Origin: Octopus vulgaris
Lineage: Eukaryota
Assembly: GCA_951406725.2 (NCBI GenBank)
Contig: OX597823.1
Span: 33,480,001-33,544,000 of the forward strand
Length of the DNA: 64,000 nt
Direction: 5' to 3'
The translations under genes and the position numbers were made by a program. Below the pieces are notes generated by a model. It did no database searches, had not been told where the DNA came from, and saw only the letters and a program-made list of their open reading frames with translations. Below, piece after piece: positions 1 through 12,851 of this stretch (the stretch's first letter is position 1; the number at the start of each line of letters is the position of its first letter).

Positions 1-374
1 GTCGCTGGAATGTCAAAACCGTGTAGCAATAGTAAGAGATTTGTTGATATAGAGCTTCATTGTCCAGTGAGTGACCTCGTTCCTGATATGGTGATAGTGA
101 TACTGGTCGTTTTGGGCCTACGTCCAAAACCTGAGGCGTGAGCTTTCTTTTGTCTATTTCAAAACTCGCGACTGATAGAAAACCCTACTCTTTATGTTTT
201 CATATTTGAATGAACCATGGCTTGCATGATTGGAATTTTAGTATATCATTACTATACATCTAATAAGCTGACCTGCCAACTTTTGTTATTCTGGATTGAA
301 GGGGACGGCACTTGGAACACAGTCTACTAAACATTGCTCGTCTCGACAGAATACTGTCGAGACGTTTGGAAGCT

Positions 375-868
375 CGCTATGCAATAAAGTTTTGTGTTAA
401 ACTGGGAAAAAAACGCTACATAAACTTATGAAATGCTCCAGACTGGTCATGAATTAACTTGTCTGAGCCTAGCATCTGTTTTTCGCTGGCAGAAGAGGTT
501 CAAGGACGGTAGAGAGGAGATGAGTGGTGCGGGAGGAAAAGGAACATCAAAACATTAAAGCTAGTTGAGAAATTTTGCAATTTTCTGGATAAAGACCGTC
601 GTCTGTCTAGAAAAACAATAAATAGACAGTTTGGTGTTGGTGTAGCAATTATACTTAGAATTATTCATGAAAATCTAAACATGCGCCTCGAAATTTGTGC
701 AAAGTTTGTTCCTAGGCTGCTCAGTGACGAAGAGGGGAAAAAATGAGGCGTTGGTGACAGCAGGGACATGGTCGAGTGTATGAACCTTCAAACCAAGAAT
801 ACTCGAGTCTCCGATGACCCGTGGATTTACGAAAGTGGATTTACTGTTAAGATCCAGAGATCAAGAGA
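375..868 (+). pseudogene. Mariner-type transposase relic (N-terminal HTH region to first catalytic motif), frameshifted
   Basis: Manual translation across frameshifts gives RYAIKFCVKLGK...YEMLQ...CLSLASVFRWQKRFKDGRE...DRRLS...RIIHENLNMR...ICAKFVPRLLSDEE and a degenerate (DESW)IYC-DPE-K motif, typical of mariner transposases. Confidence 0.8.
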
Positions 869-1554
869 ATTTTACATTCAGTATGACGCTTTTCCTCAAC
901 ACTTTCAGAGGAACTTTCAGCATTTGTAGTTGTAGGCCGTTTTATATTCATGCTGCATAAAATTGTGTGAGCAATATATAACTGGAGTACGAATGAGTGA
1001 GAATTGAAGTGTCTTGCGTTCCTTCGTCGTTTCATTTTCTAGGAAAACACTCGTTCCTTAATAATTTCATTTTCTAGAGGAACACATGTTTGCGAAGGAA
1101 AATACTTTCTTCATTTTTTATTTTCATAGAGTAACAGAGAGCAACACAGCAAGGAAGGTATTTTGGTTTGTTAGCTTTCCTTTTTTGTCTTTTTTTTTTA
1201 AAAAAAAGAGACAAAAATAAGTAAATATATAAAAGGTAAAAGGAAATATGAATTTCTGAAGATATTTCGCACTAGAAATATTCTAGTTCAGATTTAAACA
1301 ATATCAACTACCAATGAAATGGAAGGCTTAAAGCAACAAGAGAAAGAATAGAAATGAAATGATACAAGCAAAGGATGAGAACTTGACAAAGACAGGAAAT
1401 AAGAGAAAGTTCAGAACAAAACTAACAGAACTAATAGAAAATCCAACATGACTTAGTGCGAACGTTCAGGATACCTGCGATGTCAAAGTGAAAGACAGTA
1501 AATACGAAGAGAAAACATGGACGTCGAACAACAAGCTGATTACATACGACAACG

Positions 1555-1712
1555 TCGAGAGTGAGAGGGAGAAAGAGAGGCAGAGGGAAAAAGAGAGAGG
1601 GGGGAAGAGAGGCGAAGAGAGACAGAGGAGACAGTGTGTTTGTGTGTGTATGTGAGAGATAAAGAAAGAGGCAGTGAGAGGCAGAATGAGAGAGAGAGTG
1701 TGTGTATGCGTG
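1555..1712. repeat. GA/GT-rich low-complexity tract
   Basis: Degenerate (GA)n and (GT)n; source of spurious ORFs 1431-1794. Confidence 0.8.
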
Positions 1713-2171
1713 TGATGAAATAACTTGAACGAAGAACAGCGGGAAGAATCTCAAGAACTTCAAGAAAGGAATCAAGTGCAATGAGAAAACACAAAAGAAA
1801 AATAATTGTATTTAATTTGAGAAATGTTCAAACAAAAAGACGACTTGAGAGGCGATTTGGTGCTTTCTGTTGTGCAACAACAACAGAACGAAGAGCTGTG
1901 TTTTTGTATTCAACCTGAATCTCTAGCAGAACTCATTATGATAAACATCTTGAACATAATCAAACAATTCTATAAAGATTATATGAATTTATACATCAAA
2001 ATGTGTAAGAACATTTTATGAAATGTGGAAATCTTCGGGGGTCCGATAAGTTGTTATAAAGCAGTGTTAAGACAGCGAAAATACTGTCTCCAGAAAAAAA
2101 TAATGATGTGGCGAGTCAGCATTTAATGGAATTGTGCTAAGCGTGTCCTTTCTCTGCATGTGGGCATAAGC

Positions 2172-2337
2172 AAACACACTGTACACACACACGCACACGC
2201 GCACATACACACACACATACACACAGATAGATAAATGTATGCATAGTCACATACATATACATATGCAAATTATGTGTATGCGTGTGTATATGTGTGTGAA
2301 TGTGTGCTTGTGTCCGTGTGGACATACATACACACAA

Positions 2338-2389
<52 letters not shown>

Positions 2390-2425
2390 AGAAAGAGAGA
2401 GAAAGAAAGAGAGAAGGAAAGAAAG
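2172..2425. repeat. Compound (CA)n/(TG)n/(GA)n microsatellite
   Basis: Visible directly in the sequence. Confidence 0.9.
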
Positions 2426-3269
2426 ATGGAGTGCCGTGTGTAACAAATAATGAAGTGAATGAGTCATTTTAACGAAAGTCAATAGGACAACTTAACCCTC
2501 TTCAGAATGGTCCATCTATAGATTATATTTTTACATCGTTTTTCTATCTGTTCTGGCACCAAAATAGTTCCTGCTACGCCAACAGTACTTTTGCCAAAAC
2601 ACCCCACCCCCTCACTCGACATTCTTACGTCATAGCACACTGCCAAATACGGAATTCTTTTGAGATCTGTCTTACTGTGTGTGTGTGTGTGTTTCTCTTT
2701 TACTCTATGTAAAAGAGAGATAGAGATAGAGAGAGGGGTAATAGATAGATGGATAGATAGATAGATAAACAGATAAATAGAGGGTAAGAGAGAAAAAAAT
2801 GTGTATATATAAATATGTACTGTGGTCTGTAGAAAAAATACGCCGATATTAATAATTTTTGAGATAGGAGATAGAAGGCGATATATATTTTTAGGCAAGG
2901 GGTGTGGCCAATTTAAGAGATTCTCCGTCCTTGACTGATACTTACTTTGTAGAATGAATTGGTGAAAAGTTTTTTTCATAGAGACGCCGTCTGTATGTAA
3001 AATAATAGTTAAGTGGATGTTAACATATTTAATGCCATGAGAAGAAAGACTTCGTAAATAATTAAAAATTACACCGGTAATGAAGTAAGAAAATGACAAA
3101 CAAAAAACCCCATTAGTTTAGCGAATACTTTTGATCAAGAAATGTAAGGGGAGACAACCCCTGAATTTAAATTAATAAAAATTAAATGGAATAAAGAAAT
3201 GGAGAGAGGAATGAATCTGATCTTTTTCAAGTAAGGTGATATAACTCAGGACGTGTTTTGGTCTTATTA

Positions 3270-4110
3270 GATCTCATCAACCAAACATACCGATCGATCC
3301 AGAACGATGAAAAGCAAAGCTGATAATGGACAGATTTAAACTGGGGCGGTATAGAGACACAGGCAAATTACTGGTCTTCCAGTTCCGCCATTCACTCCTC
3401 TGTCATAATAATTGTTCCAAAGTTTGGTACAATGTTCGGAATTTTGGGGTGAGGGGATTAGTACTTGACCGGCAGTTTATTTTATCGACCCTGGAGGAAT
3501 GAAAGTCAAAGTTGACTTCGACAGGATTTGAACTCAGAACTCAGAAGTGACAGAAGAAATGTTGCCAAACATTTTCCCGATGCCTTATCGATTCTGTCAG
3601 CTCACCACCTTACTTTTTTTTCATAACAATAATATTGATTTCTAACATGGAGCTTAGTGGGAAAGAGAGTTGAATAACTTGATCGAAGCATTCGAATGTC
3701 GGACAAAATGTTTTACTGTGTTTGCTGCAGTTCTTTACATTCTGAGTTCAAATTCCACCAAAGTCAACTTTGCCTTTCATTCCTCCGGGGTAGATAAAAT
3801 AATGTAGCGGCAAAATAGTGGGTCAATGGTGCCCACTAACCTCTAAACCTTTCCACCAAGACTGACAGCCTTGTATTTAAAGCAGAAACCATTATTTCAT
3901 TGATTTCGGAAGAATGGACTGTAAAAGACAGCAAATTGGCACAGTTCTTTGGACAAAATTGGCTTGCGGTGTTTGTTCTGGCTCACTGACCTTTCATTTC
4001 AAATCCTGTTTTTGTGGACTGATAAAATAAAGGACCGTAGGTTGACGGAATTCTCAGAACGTTGGACAAAATGCCAAACAATATCTATTCATTTCTTCGA
4101 GTCCTGAGTT
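3270..4110. mobile_element. Cluster of old, diverged SINE family B fragments in both orientations
   Basis: Degenerate matches to the family B core (ttctgagttcaaattcc..aagtcaactttgcctttcattcctccggggtagataaaat at ~3740-3800, + strand; reverse copy ~3470-3612). Confidence 0.65.
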
Positions 4111-5037
4111 AGTGACTGGCAGGCTTGATTCACCACTCGGGAGGAACCATTATTTATTTGTAATGACCAAGACTTTGAACACTTGGCTTCATTATTCACA
4201 GTCCTGGTGCTTCAGTTTGATTCAAACAAGTAGCATCACATAATGGTAGTTGATCTGGGCCTCCTCACGGCAGAAAAGGTAATCTATACAAAGCTTGTCA
4301 AAGACTATACGCATCCATCTGCTTCATAGCCATTTGTAGTTGGTGTTGTTGAAACTGTTTACGAAAATATTCTTCATAGCATCATACGAATCTTCAAAAA
4401 AGTCACTGTATTCTGACCAATTATCCTGATGCATCATGTTCTGTAAAGCGCTCTTACTTCTTCAGTGGCCTCACACGAATGAAGAATTTATATCTATCTG
4501 AGGAAAGCAATGTATCAAATATGAGTGGAAATATTACGCTGTTATATGAATTAAGAGAAGATAAAGCACAGCTCTAAATATTGAGGTGAGATATTTCAAA
4601 TCTGCAAACAGAGACCAGAAATAATATACAGATGTAAACAACGAAGTGACATTGCACAGCTTTAAGTATTACTGAAAGGCATTACACAGTTACAAACAAG
4701 GAACGGAATTACACTTTTGTCAATAAAATAAGTCCTAAAGTACTTTCTCTCAGACATCTGCGCCTGTTGCCAAATCTTAAACTGCACGAAACCTCTGTTC
4801 AATTAATATTATTGTTTTGAAGGTGAAAAAGTGGCATTGAGTACTTCTCTGTGCGAGAGGACTGCATAGTCTCGTTTTAGTAAGATTTCCCCTCCAGAAA
4901 ATTCTTCTTTGAACATTGGATGTGTCTATTTTTTCTTTTTTGCGTTTTATTATGTGATTTTCACCGGATTCTTTCTTACTTTTCGTGCATGTTGGCGGTA
5001 AAGTAAGAATTCGATGATGTTGTTTATCACTGATTAA

Positions 5038-5270
5038 GGCGGCGAGCTGACAGAATCGTTGGCATGTCAGACAACATGCTTATCGGCATTTCGTCCGTCT
5101 TTACGTTTTGCGTTCAAGTTCCGCCGAGATAGACTTTGCCTCTCATCCTTTCGGGATCAATGAAATAAGTACCAGTTAAACAGTGGGGTCCATGTAATCT
5201 ACTAGAGCCCCCACTTTCTTCCAACAAAATTTCACGCCTTTTGTCTATGGTAGAAAGGATTATTATTACA
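5038..5270 (+). mobile_element. SINE family B (tRNA-derived head GGCGGCGAGCTGGCAGAA..GTTCAA(A/G)TTCC; core gactttgcctttcatcctttcggggtcgat..aataagtaccag)
   Basis: A-box/B-box-like head and a central domain shared by many copies in the window. Confidence 0.8.
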
Positions 5271-6162
5271 GATTTAATTCTGAAATCGATTCTCAGTATT
5301 GATATCTTGTGTAAATATATATGAAAATGCATACTTTCTACTTACCTCTAATCATTCGACATTGACAGGTGAAAGGACAAGACAGGAAGCAAAAGCCAGT
5401 CAGAACAGGTAAGAACTTTATTCACAATTTACCCCAACAATCATTATATTGTAACAGCAAATTTCATCCAAATTCATGCTATATTTTTATGTTTTTTTTT
5501 TTTTATACTGGTCTTACTACTTCTTGTCAAAATATTTAGTTTTTAAGGGTATTGAGGGATTTGTATAGAGAAAATAGTTCACAGCTTTAGTAAAATGATA
5601 TTACATGATTTAAAACGTAGGTGAGAGATATTTCAAAATTGTAAATTTTAACAAAAATAATTAATCTGTTGTAAATTTAAAGGGAGAAAATGAGCAATAA
5701 TATAATCATTATTCAATGATATCAGCCGGCGGCATCTTTATGAAAAATTATTAGTTTCCTGTGGGAAATGTTATAAACATTAAGGAGAACAATATTCCTC
5801 AGCTGTAAATGTAAAGGAGAGGGATAAGACATAGACATAAGCAAGAAAAAGCGACATTACATCTGTAAATATGACAAGGATATTACATGTGTTAGCATGG
5901 ATGAGAGATATTACATAACTGTAAACACGACGAAGTGATACAACACCATTACAAACATGGAAAACAGATGTTACATGGCAGTGAACATGGTGTGATGGTG
6001 GGGGGTGGGGGTGAATGGAGATTTTTGCTTTAATACAAATATTGTTTTGAAGGTGAAAAACTGACATTGAGTTCTTTTTTGTGCGAGAGGATTGCGTAGT
6101 CTCGTTCCCTTCTAGAAAATCCTTCTTTGAACAATGGATGTGTTTTTTTTCTTTTTCTCGTT

Positions 6163-6550
6163 TGGCTATGTGGTTAAGAAGTTCGCTTTGCAGTTACGAG
6201 GTTTCGGGTTCATTGCGTAGCACTCTGGGCATGTGAGTTCTACTATAATCTCAGGTAATTATAGTAGAATCTTGTGATTGAATTTGGTAGTCGGAAACTA
6301 TGTGAAATCCCGTCGTGTGTAAACATATACGCGTACGTATCTTTGTGTTTGTATCTGTCCCTGTCCCCAGTCGCCTGACAACCAATGTTAGTTTGTTTTA
6401 CGTCCCTGTAACTTAGCGGTTCAACAAAAGGGAGAGTAGAATAAGTATGAGACTTAAAAAAGAAATTTGTAATGTGGTCGATTAGTTGGGTAAATGCGGC
6501 GCCCCAGCATGGCCGTAGTCCAATGACTGAAAGAAGCAAACGATAAAAGA
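6163..6550 (+). mobile_element. SINE family A (tRNA-like head, ccttgggcaagtg core, internal microsatellite, tail ggcggtgctccagcatggccgcagtcaaatgactgaaac)
   Basis: Diverged full-length match to the other family A copies. Confidence 0.8.
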
Positions 6551-6924
6551 TGGAGGTAAAATATGAAACTGTTATAAATTTGGAGAGGAGACATAACACA
6601 TTTAGGAGCGATGTTACACAAATGTAAACGCAGTGAAGAGACATCACACATATCTGGAAACGTCTAGAACAAACGTTACACTGATGTAAACACACAAAAG
6701 AGATAATGCATAGCTGTTAACACGGTGAGTTGATATTACATCTGTAAACATTACAAAGATATCACATAAAAGAGAGATATTAAACGGCCGTAGAGGAGAT
6801 ATTTTATAAAACTCGTCGAGAGAAAGAACAAGGCTGTAAACGTCAAATTGAATTTATATAACTGTTGCAAATCCGTATGAAGAGAAGATATTACACTATT
6901 AGAAACATTTAGAAATGGTACTAC

Positions 6925-8097
6925 CACTGTTGCAAAACATTAAGGATCGCTATTACATAAATGTAAAGATATCACAACGTAACAATTTTCAAAAAAAATT
7001 TTTTAATTGTATTTTTTTATTGCTTATCAATCCAATTTTTCTGCTGATTCCAAAAATGAAATTATTTTTTGTGTATCATCAACAGTTAAGAAAATATGTC
7101 GACTTTCAATATTATTATGTATTCGGTATCCTTATAATGTTCCGCTACTAAATGTATGTTTAATTTTCTCTTTCAGACCAATTACTAAGTTTTGCTATTT
7201 TCAGGATGGCTACTATAGTATGTAAAAATTCTCCAGATACATTTTGCTATGTGTGTGCGTATTATATTGGAAAAAAGCAGGTATTACATAAGATCGTGAA
7301 AGGTGCCAAATTATGGATAGCGTACAGACTCTATTTCGGAATGCCCATGGGTGACTAGGACAAATTATGGGCCCCACATGTGATATGTGGAAACTGTCGA
7401 TCTACTCTAGAAGGATGGTTAAGAGGTACAGGAAGGCCAATGCCTTTTGCCATTCCAAGGGTATGGAGAGAGCCAAAGAACCATCAAGATGACTGTTACT
7501 TTTGTATGATCGATGTGACAAAGTACAAAAAAGTGAAAGGAAGACAAGCTCTTCAGTATCCAGACGTACCTTCATCTAGAGCACCTGTCCCACATAATGA
7601 CAGTTTATGAGTATCACTACCACCAGAAAATATTTCATCTGAAGAGTCAACAAGTAGCAGCAGCCAAGAAATGGAGGAAGCTTTCGTACCAAGAACGACT
7701 TCGGAGCCTCACTTTCCAAATCAGAGTGAGCTAGATGATTTAATCAGGAATCTGGGTCTTACTAAGTCAGGAGCTGAACTTCTTTCATCAAGGTTGAAGG
7801 AATGGAATCTACTGGGGGAAGACTGAAAGACATCTCGTACTGGAAACGCCATGAAGAATTTGAAATTTACTATGAAAATATTAATGACCTGTGTTATTGC
7901 AAAACTGTGATTGGTTTGTTTACTGCTATTGGACTCAAGCATGATTCTGCAGAATGGTGACTCTTCATAGATAGCTCAACACGAAGTCTCAAAATAGTGT
8001 TGCTCTATAATGGAAATAAATATCCTTCTTTGCCTCTTGCACACTCCAATGTCAAAGAACTTCTCGACAAAATAAATTACTCTGAGTTCAAGTGGAT
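6925..8097 (+). pseudogene. Chapaev3-like (CMC superfamily) DNA transposon, 5' part; transposase pseudogene starting at ATG 7206
   Basis: Translation: MATIVCKNSPDTFCYVC...YFGMPMGD*DKLWAPHVICGNC...MPFAIPRVWREPKNHQDDCYFC...YPDVPSS...NQSELDDLIRNLGLTKSGAELLSSRLKEWNLL...EW*LFIDSSTRSLKIVLLYNGNKYPSLPLAHS; several stops; candidate CACTG left terminus at 6925; truncated against a SINE tail. Family name is from recalled motifs. Confidence 0.7.
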
Positions 8098-8306
8098 CTG
8101 TGTTTGTCCATCATCACTGTATGATAACTGGTGTTGGTGTATTTACGTTACCGAACTTAGCGGTTCAGCTAAAATGACCGATAGCATAAGTACCAGTCTT
8201 AAAAACAGAAATAAGCCCTGGGGTCTATTCGTTCGACTGAAAGTTCTCTGAGGCGGTGCTCCAGCATGGCCACAGTCTAATATGAGTGAAACAAGTAAAA
8301 GATAAA
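8097..8306 (+). mobile_element. SINE family A, 3' half
   Basis: aacttagcggttc..ataagtacc..ggcggtgctccagcatggccacagtc..gaaacaagtaaaaga. Confidence 0.8.
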
Positions 8307-8416
8307 ATATGGAGGCTGGATATCACACTGTTGTGAGAATTAAGGAGATATATTACAGTTTTGTGAATAGAAAGTAAAAATATTACAAAGCTTTGAAAAT
8401 TATGAAGTGATATTAA

Positions 8417-8524
8417 CCTTTAGCACGCTATAGGTGCATCATGTCACCGTATCAGTTTTCTCCCATGTAGTAACAGGGCAGTGGGAGGGGAAACAATGCT
8501 AGAGAAAATGCAGTGGGCTAAAGG
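8417..8524. mobile_element. 108-bp piggyBac-type MITE
   Basis: TTAA flanks (8413-8416, 8525-8528) and terminal inverted repeats CCTTTAGC...GCTAAAGG. Confidence 0.7.
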
Positions 8525-9027
8525 TTAAATGGCTGTAAGTATGGGAGGGGATGGACACATAGTTCTGAATATAGCAATGTGATATTCCACAATTTTGTAC
8601 AGCGATGACGAAGAGGTATTGTATTGTTCTAAGTATTTAGCAGGGACAGTATACGTTTGTAAATATTTACAACAGATACTAGGGAGCTGAAACATTGAAA
8701 AGAAATATTACAATATTCTCAACATGGAAAACAGATATTGGATTCTGCAGAACAATGAGAAGAGTTATAAGAACAAGGTTGTATAATACTTGAGCGTAAT
8801 GTTGTTGTGAAGGATTCACGTTATTAATAGAGAGTATACAGTTGTATATATATAAGGATAAATATTGTTTAATTATAAACATGGGAAGATTTCGCCGCTC
8901 GTGACACGGAAACGATTGTGCGTGTGTGTGTGCGTGCGTGCGTAGGCGTTATTGCACTCCTGCAAATATAGAGAAATGACATTAAACGGTAAACCTTTTA
9001 GATATAGAGAAAGGATTTTGTTTTCTT

Positions 9028-9410
9028 TTAGACTCTTATTTGATTCAGTCATTGGTACTGCGGTCATGCTGGAACATTGCCTTGTAGTATTAGTCGAAGA
9101 AACTGACTCCAGCCTGGCCTTATTTTCAGCATTTCCATCAGTCTTTTTTGATGATCAGCTAATTTATGGTTCGGAAACAAACCAACACAGGCTGTCAAGC
9201 GATGAGAGAAAAAGCATGAACACACACACACACACATGTATATATGCATATACGACAAGCTTCTCCACAGTTTTCGTCTACGAAATTCATTCACAAAGGA
9301 TTGAGCAGCCCGGGGCTATAATAGAAGACAGCTGCTCAAGGTACTGTGCAGCGTGACTGAACTTGAGATGTTGTTTTGAAGCGAACTTCTGAACCATACA
9401 GCCATCTGTG
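9028..9410 (-). mobile_element. SINE family A (diverged)
   Basis: Reverse-complement match to family A head, core and tail. Confidence 0.7.
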
Positions 9411-9522
9411 CTGTCGGTATCTATGTATATTACAAATTAAAAACATTATTCTACAATGTTTATATACATACACCATTCCCTGATACTTCCTTTTCGGATT
9501 TATGATTTACTGATGATATATA

Positions 9523-10470
9523 CTAGCTGGTGTACCCGGTAATTCCCGGGGGTAAAGCTGTTCTATCGAAACGCCTTATTACTATGATATAAGAAAGCAA
9601 TTTCGTTATAACTGCCAAAAAAAGGTGTATTTTCCGACGCGAAAAAGTACAAAAATCTGTCAGCTGGAGAAGGAAGAGATTGTTGGAGGTTGGTGAGAGA
9701 GTTTTTCGGAGGTTGGCGAGAGGTCCTCGGAGGTTGGCGAGAGGTCGTCGGAGGTTGTCGAGAGAGGTTGTGGGAGGTTGGCGAGAGAGGTTGTCGGAGG
9801 TTGCGTGAGAAAAGTGCTGTTGAAGTGTTAAGTGAAATTTGGCAATCGAGGATCGAATCCACGCTATGCCTGCATGAAGCCACTACAAACACGTTGTGGA
9901 ATAAAGATTTATCTACTGTCATGGAAAAAGTGTAACTGTAAAAAGCAGAATTATCGAGGTATTGGGCATTCAAAAAAGTATGTATGTGTAGAAATGTAAG
10001 AATGAAGTCTTTGAGGTTTAAGATTCAAATCAAGGAAGTGCAATAATACTGTTTAGCAGTTCAAAACTGAGTAGTGAAATTAGGTCTGCTGTTTGTGAGA
10101 ATCAAATATTGATCGCTTCGCTAAAAACTGCAGGTGGAATGGGTTATTTCCCTTGAGTTGTTTAAATAAAATATTAGTAATATGTAGTAAATAGAAGGAT
10201 CCATTGGAGGGGTCCTATCATCGTTTTTTTTTCAACAATTTAAGTATGTCAAGAGGTTTCCAGACATGAGTTCTACTCACGTGTCAAATAAAGTATAAAA
10301 GTAATATTGTCTGCAAAAATTAGAAATTGGATAGACAAAAAAATCAATATTCAAAGTAATCGAACATAAAGAATGAAACGTGTAAAATATTTCTAAATAC
10401 AATGGCTCAATTAGTTTCATGAAAATGTAAATAAACAATAAATATTATGATTTGCAAAATAAGTATAAGT
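9523..10470 (-). mobile_element. Non-autonomous Helitron-like element (5' boundary uncertain) with internal ~21-bp tandem repeats at 9684-9802
   Basis: Minus-strand 3' end CCCGG-gaatta-CCGGG hairpin followed by tacaccagCTAG|T; ggaggttggcgagaggtcgtc repeats inside. Confidence 0.55.
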
Positions 10471-10521
10471 GATACAGGGTGTCCCAACGGAATGTGGTGT
10501 GGAAGTTTGGTTTCATTTTTT

Positions 10522-10698
10522 AAAATTCCACCGAGGTCGACTTTGCCTTTCATCCTTTCGGGGTCGAAAAATTAAAGTACCAGTTACGCACTGGGGTTGA
10601 TGTAGTCGACTTAATCCCTTTGTCTGCCCTTGTTTGTCCCCTCTATATTTAGCCCCTTGTGGGCAATAAAGAAATAAGGAAACTAAAAGAAGCCCGTC

Positions 10699-10760
<62 letters not shown>

Positions 10761-10960
10761 GTGTATGTGTTTGTCCCCTCAAAATCGCTTGACAACCGAT
10801 GCTGGTGTGTTCACTTCCCGTCTCTTAGCGGTTCGGCAAAGAGAGACCGATACAATAAGTACTAGGCTTACAAAGAATAAGTCCTAGGGTTGATTTGCGC
10901 GACTAAGAGTGGTGCTCCAGCATGGCCGCAGTCAAATGACTGACACAAATAAAAGAAAAA
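10522..10960 (+). mobile_element. SINE B 3' part fused directly to SINE A 3' part
   Basis: B core and tail to ~10679, continuing into ggaaactaaaagaagcccgtcg(TA)n and the family A tail. Confidence 0.75.
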
Positions 10961-11008
<48 letters not shown>

Positions 11009-11011
11009 GAA

Positions 11012-11261
11012 GGATATATCTAAAGTCAAACCAAATCCAATTAATGATATTTTGTATGCATTTAGTACGTACGTACAAGATAATTATGCAATAGGTGAAA
11101 AATGAATTTCATTTAAGGCATATAAAAATATTTTGCTATGTCTTAACTGAGGAAGAGTTTGCGAAAAAGGTGAAATTCCCTTTTTACATGTTGCGCAATT
11201 ATCTGATACGTACCTACTAAATGCATACAAAATATTACTTGGTTTGGTTTTATCTTTATCC
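11012..11261. mobile_element. MITE with long (~90-bp) imperfect TIRs; second copy at 12056-12305
   Basis: aaaccaaa..atattttgtatgcatttagtacgtacgta..agataatt..gaatttca is mirrored by tgaaattc..aattatctgatacgtacctactaaatgcatacaaaatat..tggtttggttt. Confidence 0.75.
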
Positions 11262-11407
11262 CTAATACGACTCTGTCCTGTGCAAGCTAGCCAGTCGTAA
11301 ATACATTCACATGGATACTATAACAAGAATTTGGGGCTGTAAATTCTATTCGACTCGAGTCGGAAGTTCTGGTAACGTGCATCGCTTCTAAGCATAACAT
11401 AAATCAA

Positions 11408-11440
<33 letters not shown>

Positions 11441-11580
11441 TATGCAGGACCTTCTTAAGGTTTATTTAAAGGATGATGGTTAAAACAAGGTGCTATCCTT
11501 TACAACCTTGCTACCAAGATGGCGGCCAGTCAAGATTTACTCTGAATAAAAAAGAAAGAGGAGAAAACATATATACAATA

Positions 11581-11758
11581 GGGGCAGGAGTGGCTGTTTG
11601 GTAAGTAGCTTGCTTACCAACCACATGGTCCTGGGTTCAGAAGATACTTGCCCAAGGTGCCCTGCAGTGCACCTTGGACAAGTATCTTCTACTATAGCCT
11701 CGGGCCGACTAAAGCCTTGTGAGTGGATTTGGTAGACACAAACTGAAAGAAGTCCGTC

Positions 11759-11805
<47 letters not shown>

Positions 11806-12003
11806 TGTGTGTGTTTGTCTCCCAACCATCGCTTGACAACCGATGTTGGTGTGTTTATGTACCGTAACTAAGCGGTTCGGCAAAAAGGATCCGATAGAAT
11901 AAGTACTAGGCTTACAAAGAATAAGTCCTAGGGTTGATTTGCGCGACTAAGAGTGGTGCTCCAGCATGGCCGCAGTCAAATGACTGACACAAATAAAAGA
12001 AAA
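11581..12003 (+). mobile_element. SINE family A with internal inverted duplication; related copy at 12627-13045
   Basis: Family A head, core and tail; B-box region replaced by a 22-bp inverted repeat. Confidence 0.85.
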
Positions 12004-12004
12004 A

Positions 12005-12052
<48 letters not shown>

Positions 12053-12451
12053 GAAGGATATATCTAAAGTCAAACCAAATCCAATTAATGATATTTTGTA
12101 TGCATTTAGTACGTACGTACAAGATAATTATGCAATAGGTGAAAAATGAATTTCATTTAAGGCATATAAAAATATTTTGCTATGTCTTAACTGAGGAAGA
12201 GTTTGCGAAAAAGGTGAAATTCCCTTTTTACATGTTGCGCAATTATCTGATACGTACCTACTAAATGCATACAAAATATTACTTGGTTTGGTTTTATCTT
12301 TATCCCTAATACGACTCTGTCCTGTGCAAGCTAGCCAGTCGTAAATACATTCACATGGATACTATAACAAGAATTTGGGGCTGTAAATTCTATTCGACTC
12401 GAGTCGGAAGTTCTGGTAACGTGCATCGCTTCTAAGCATAACATAAATCAA

Positions 12452-12486
<35 letters not shown>

Positions 12487-12804
12487 TATGCAGGACCTTC
12501 TTAAGGTTTATTTAAAGGATGATGGTTAAAACAAGGTGCTATCCTTTACAACCTTGCTACCAAGATGGCGGCCAGTCAAGATTTACTCTGAATAAAAAAG
12601 AAAGAGGAGAAAACATATATACAATAGGGGCAGGAGTGGCTGTTTGGTAAGTAGCTTGCTTACCAACCACATGGTCCTGGGTTCAGAAGATACTTGCCCA
12701 AGGTGCCCTGCAGTGCACCTTGGACAAGTATCTTCTACTATAGCCTCGGGCCGACTAAAGCCTTGTGAGTGGATTTGGTAGACACAAACTGAAAGAAGTC
12801 CGTC

Positions 12805-12851
<47 letters not shown>

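Larger units (their letters stand above)
4500..8910. repeat. Ancient degenerate ~30-bp tandem repeat (consensus roughly GAGATATTACA-CAGYTGTAAATAT), broken up by later insertions
   Basis: Recurrent gatattaca...tgtaaa(c/t)a motifs at ~30-bp spacing in 4520-4700, 5560-5990, 6555-6915 and 8310-8900. Confidence 0.55.

Noticed and set aside
1824-2021. 65-aa ORF MFKQKDDLRGDL..
   Set aside because: Short, no recognisable domain, and no supporting splice or promoter evidence.
5370-5409. Possible 40-nt micro-exon (acag|GTGAAAGG..AACAG|gtaaga)
   Set aside because: Splice-like signals only; weak pyrimidine tract, and no partner exons or homology identifiable.
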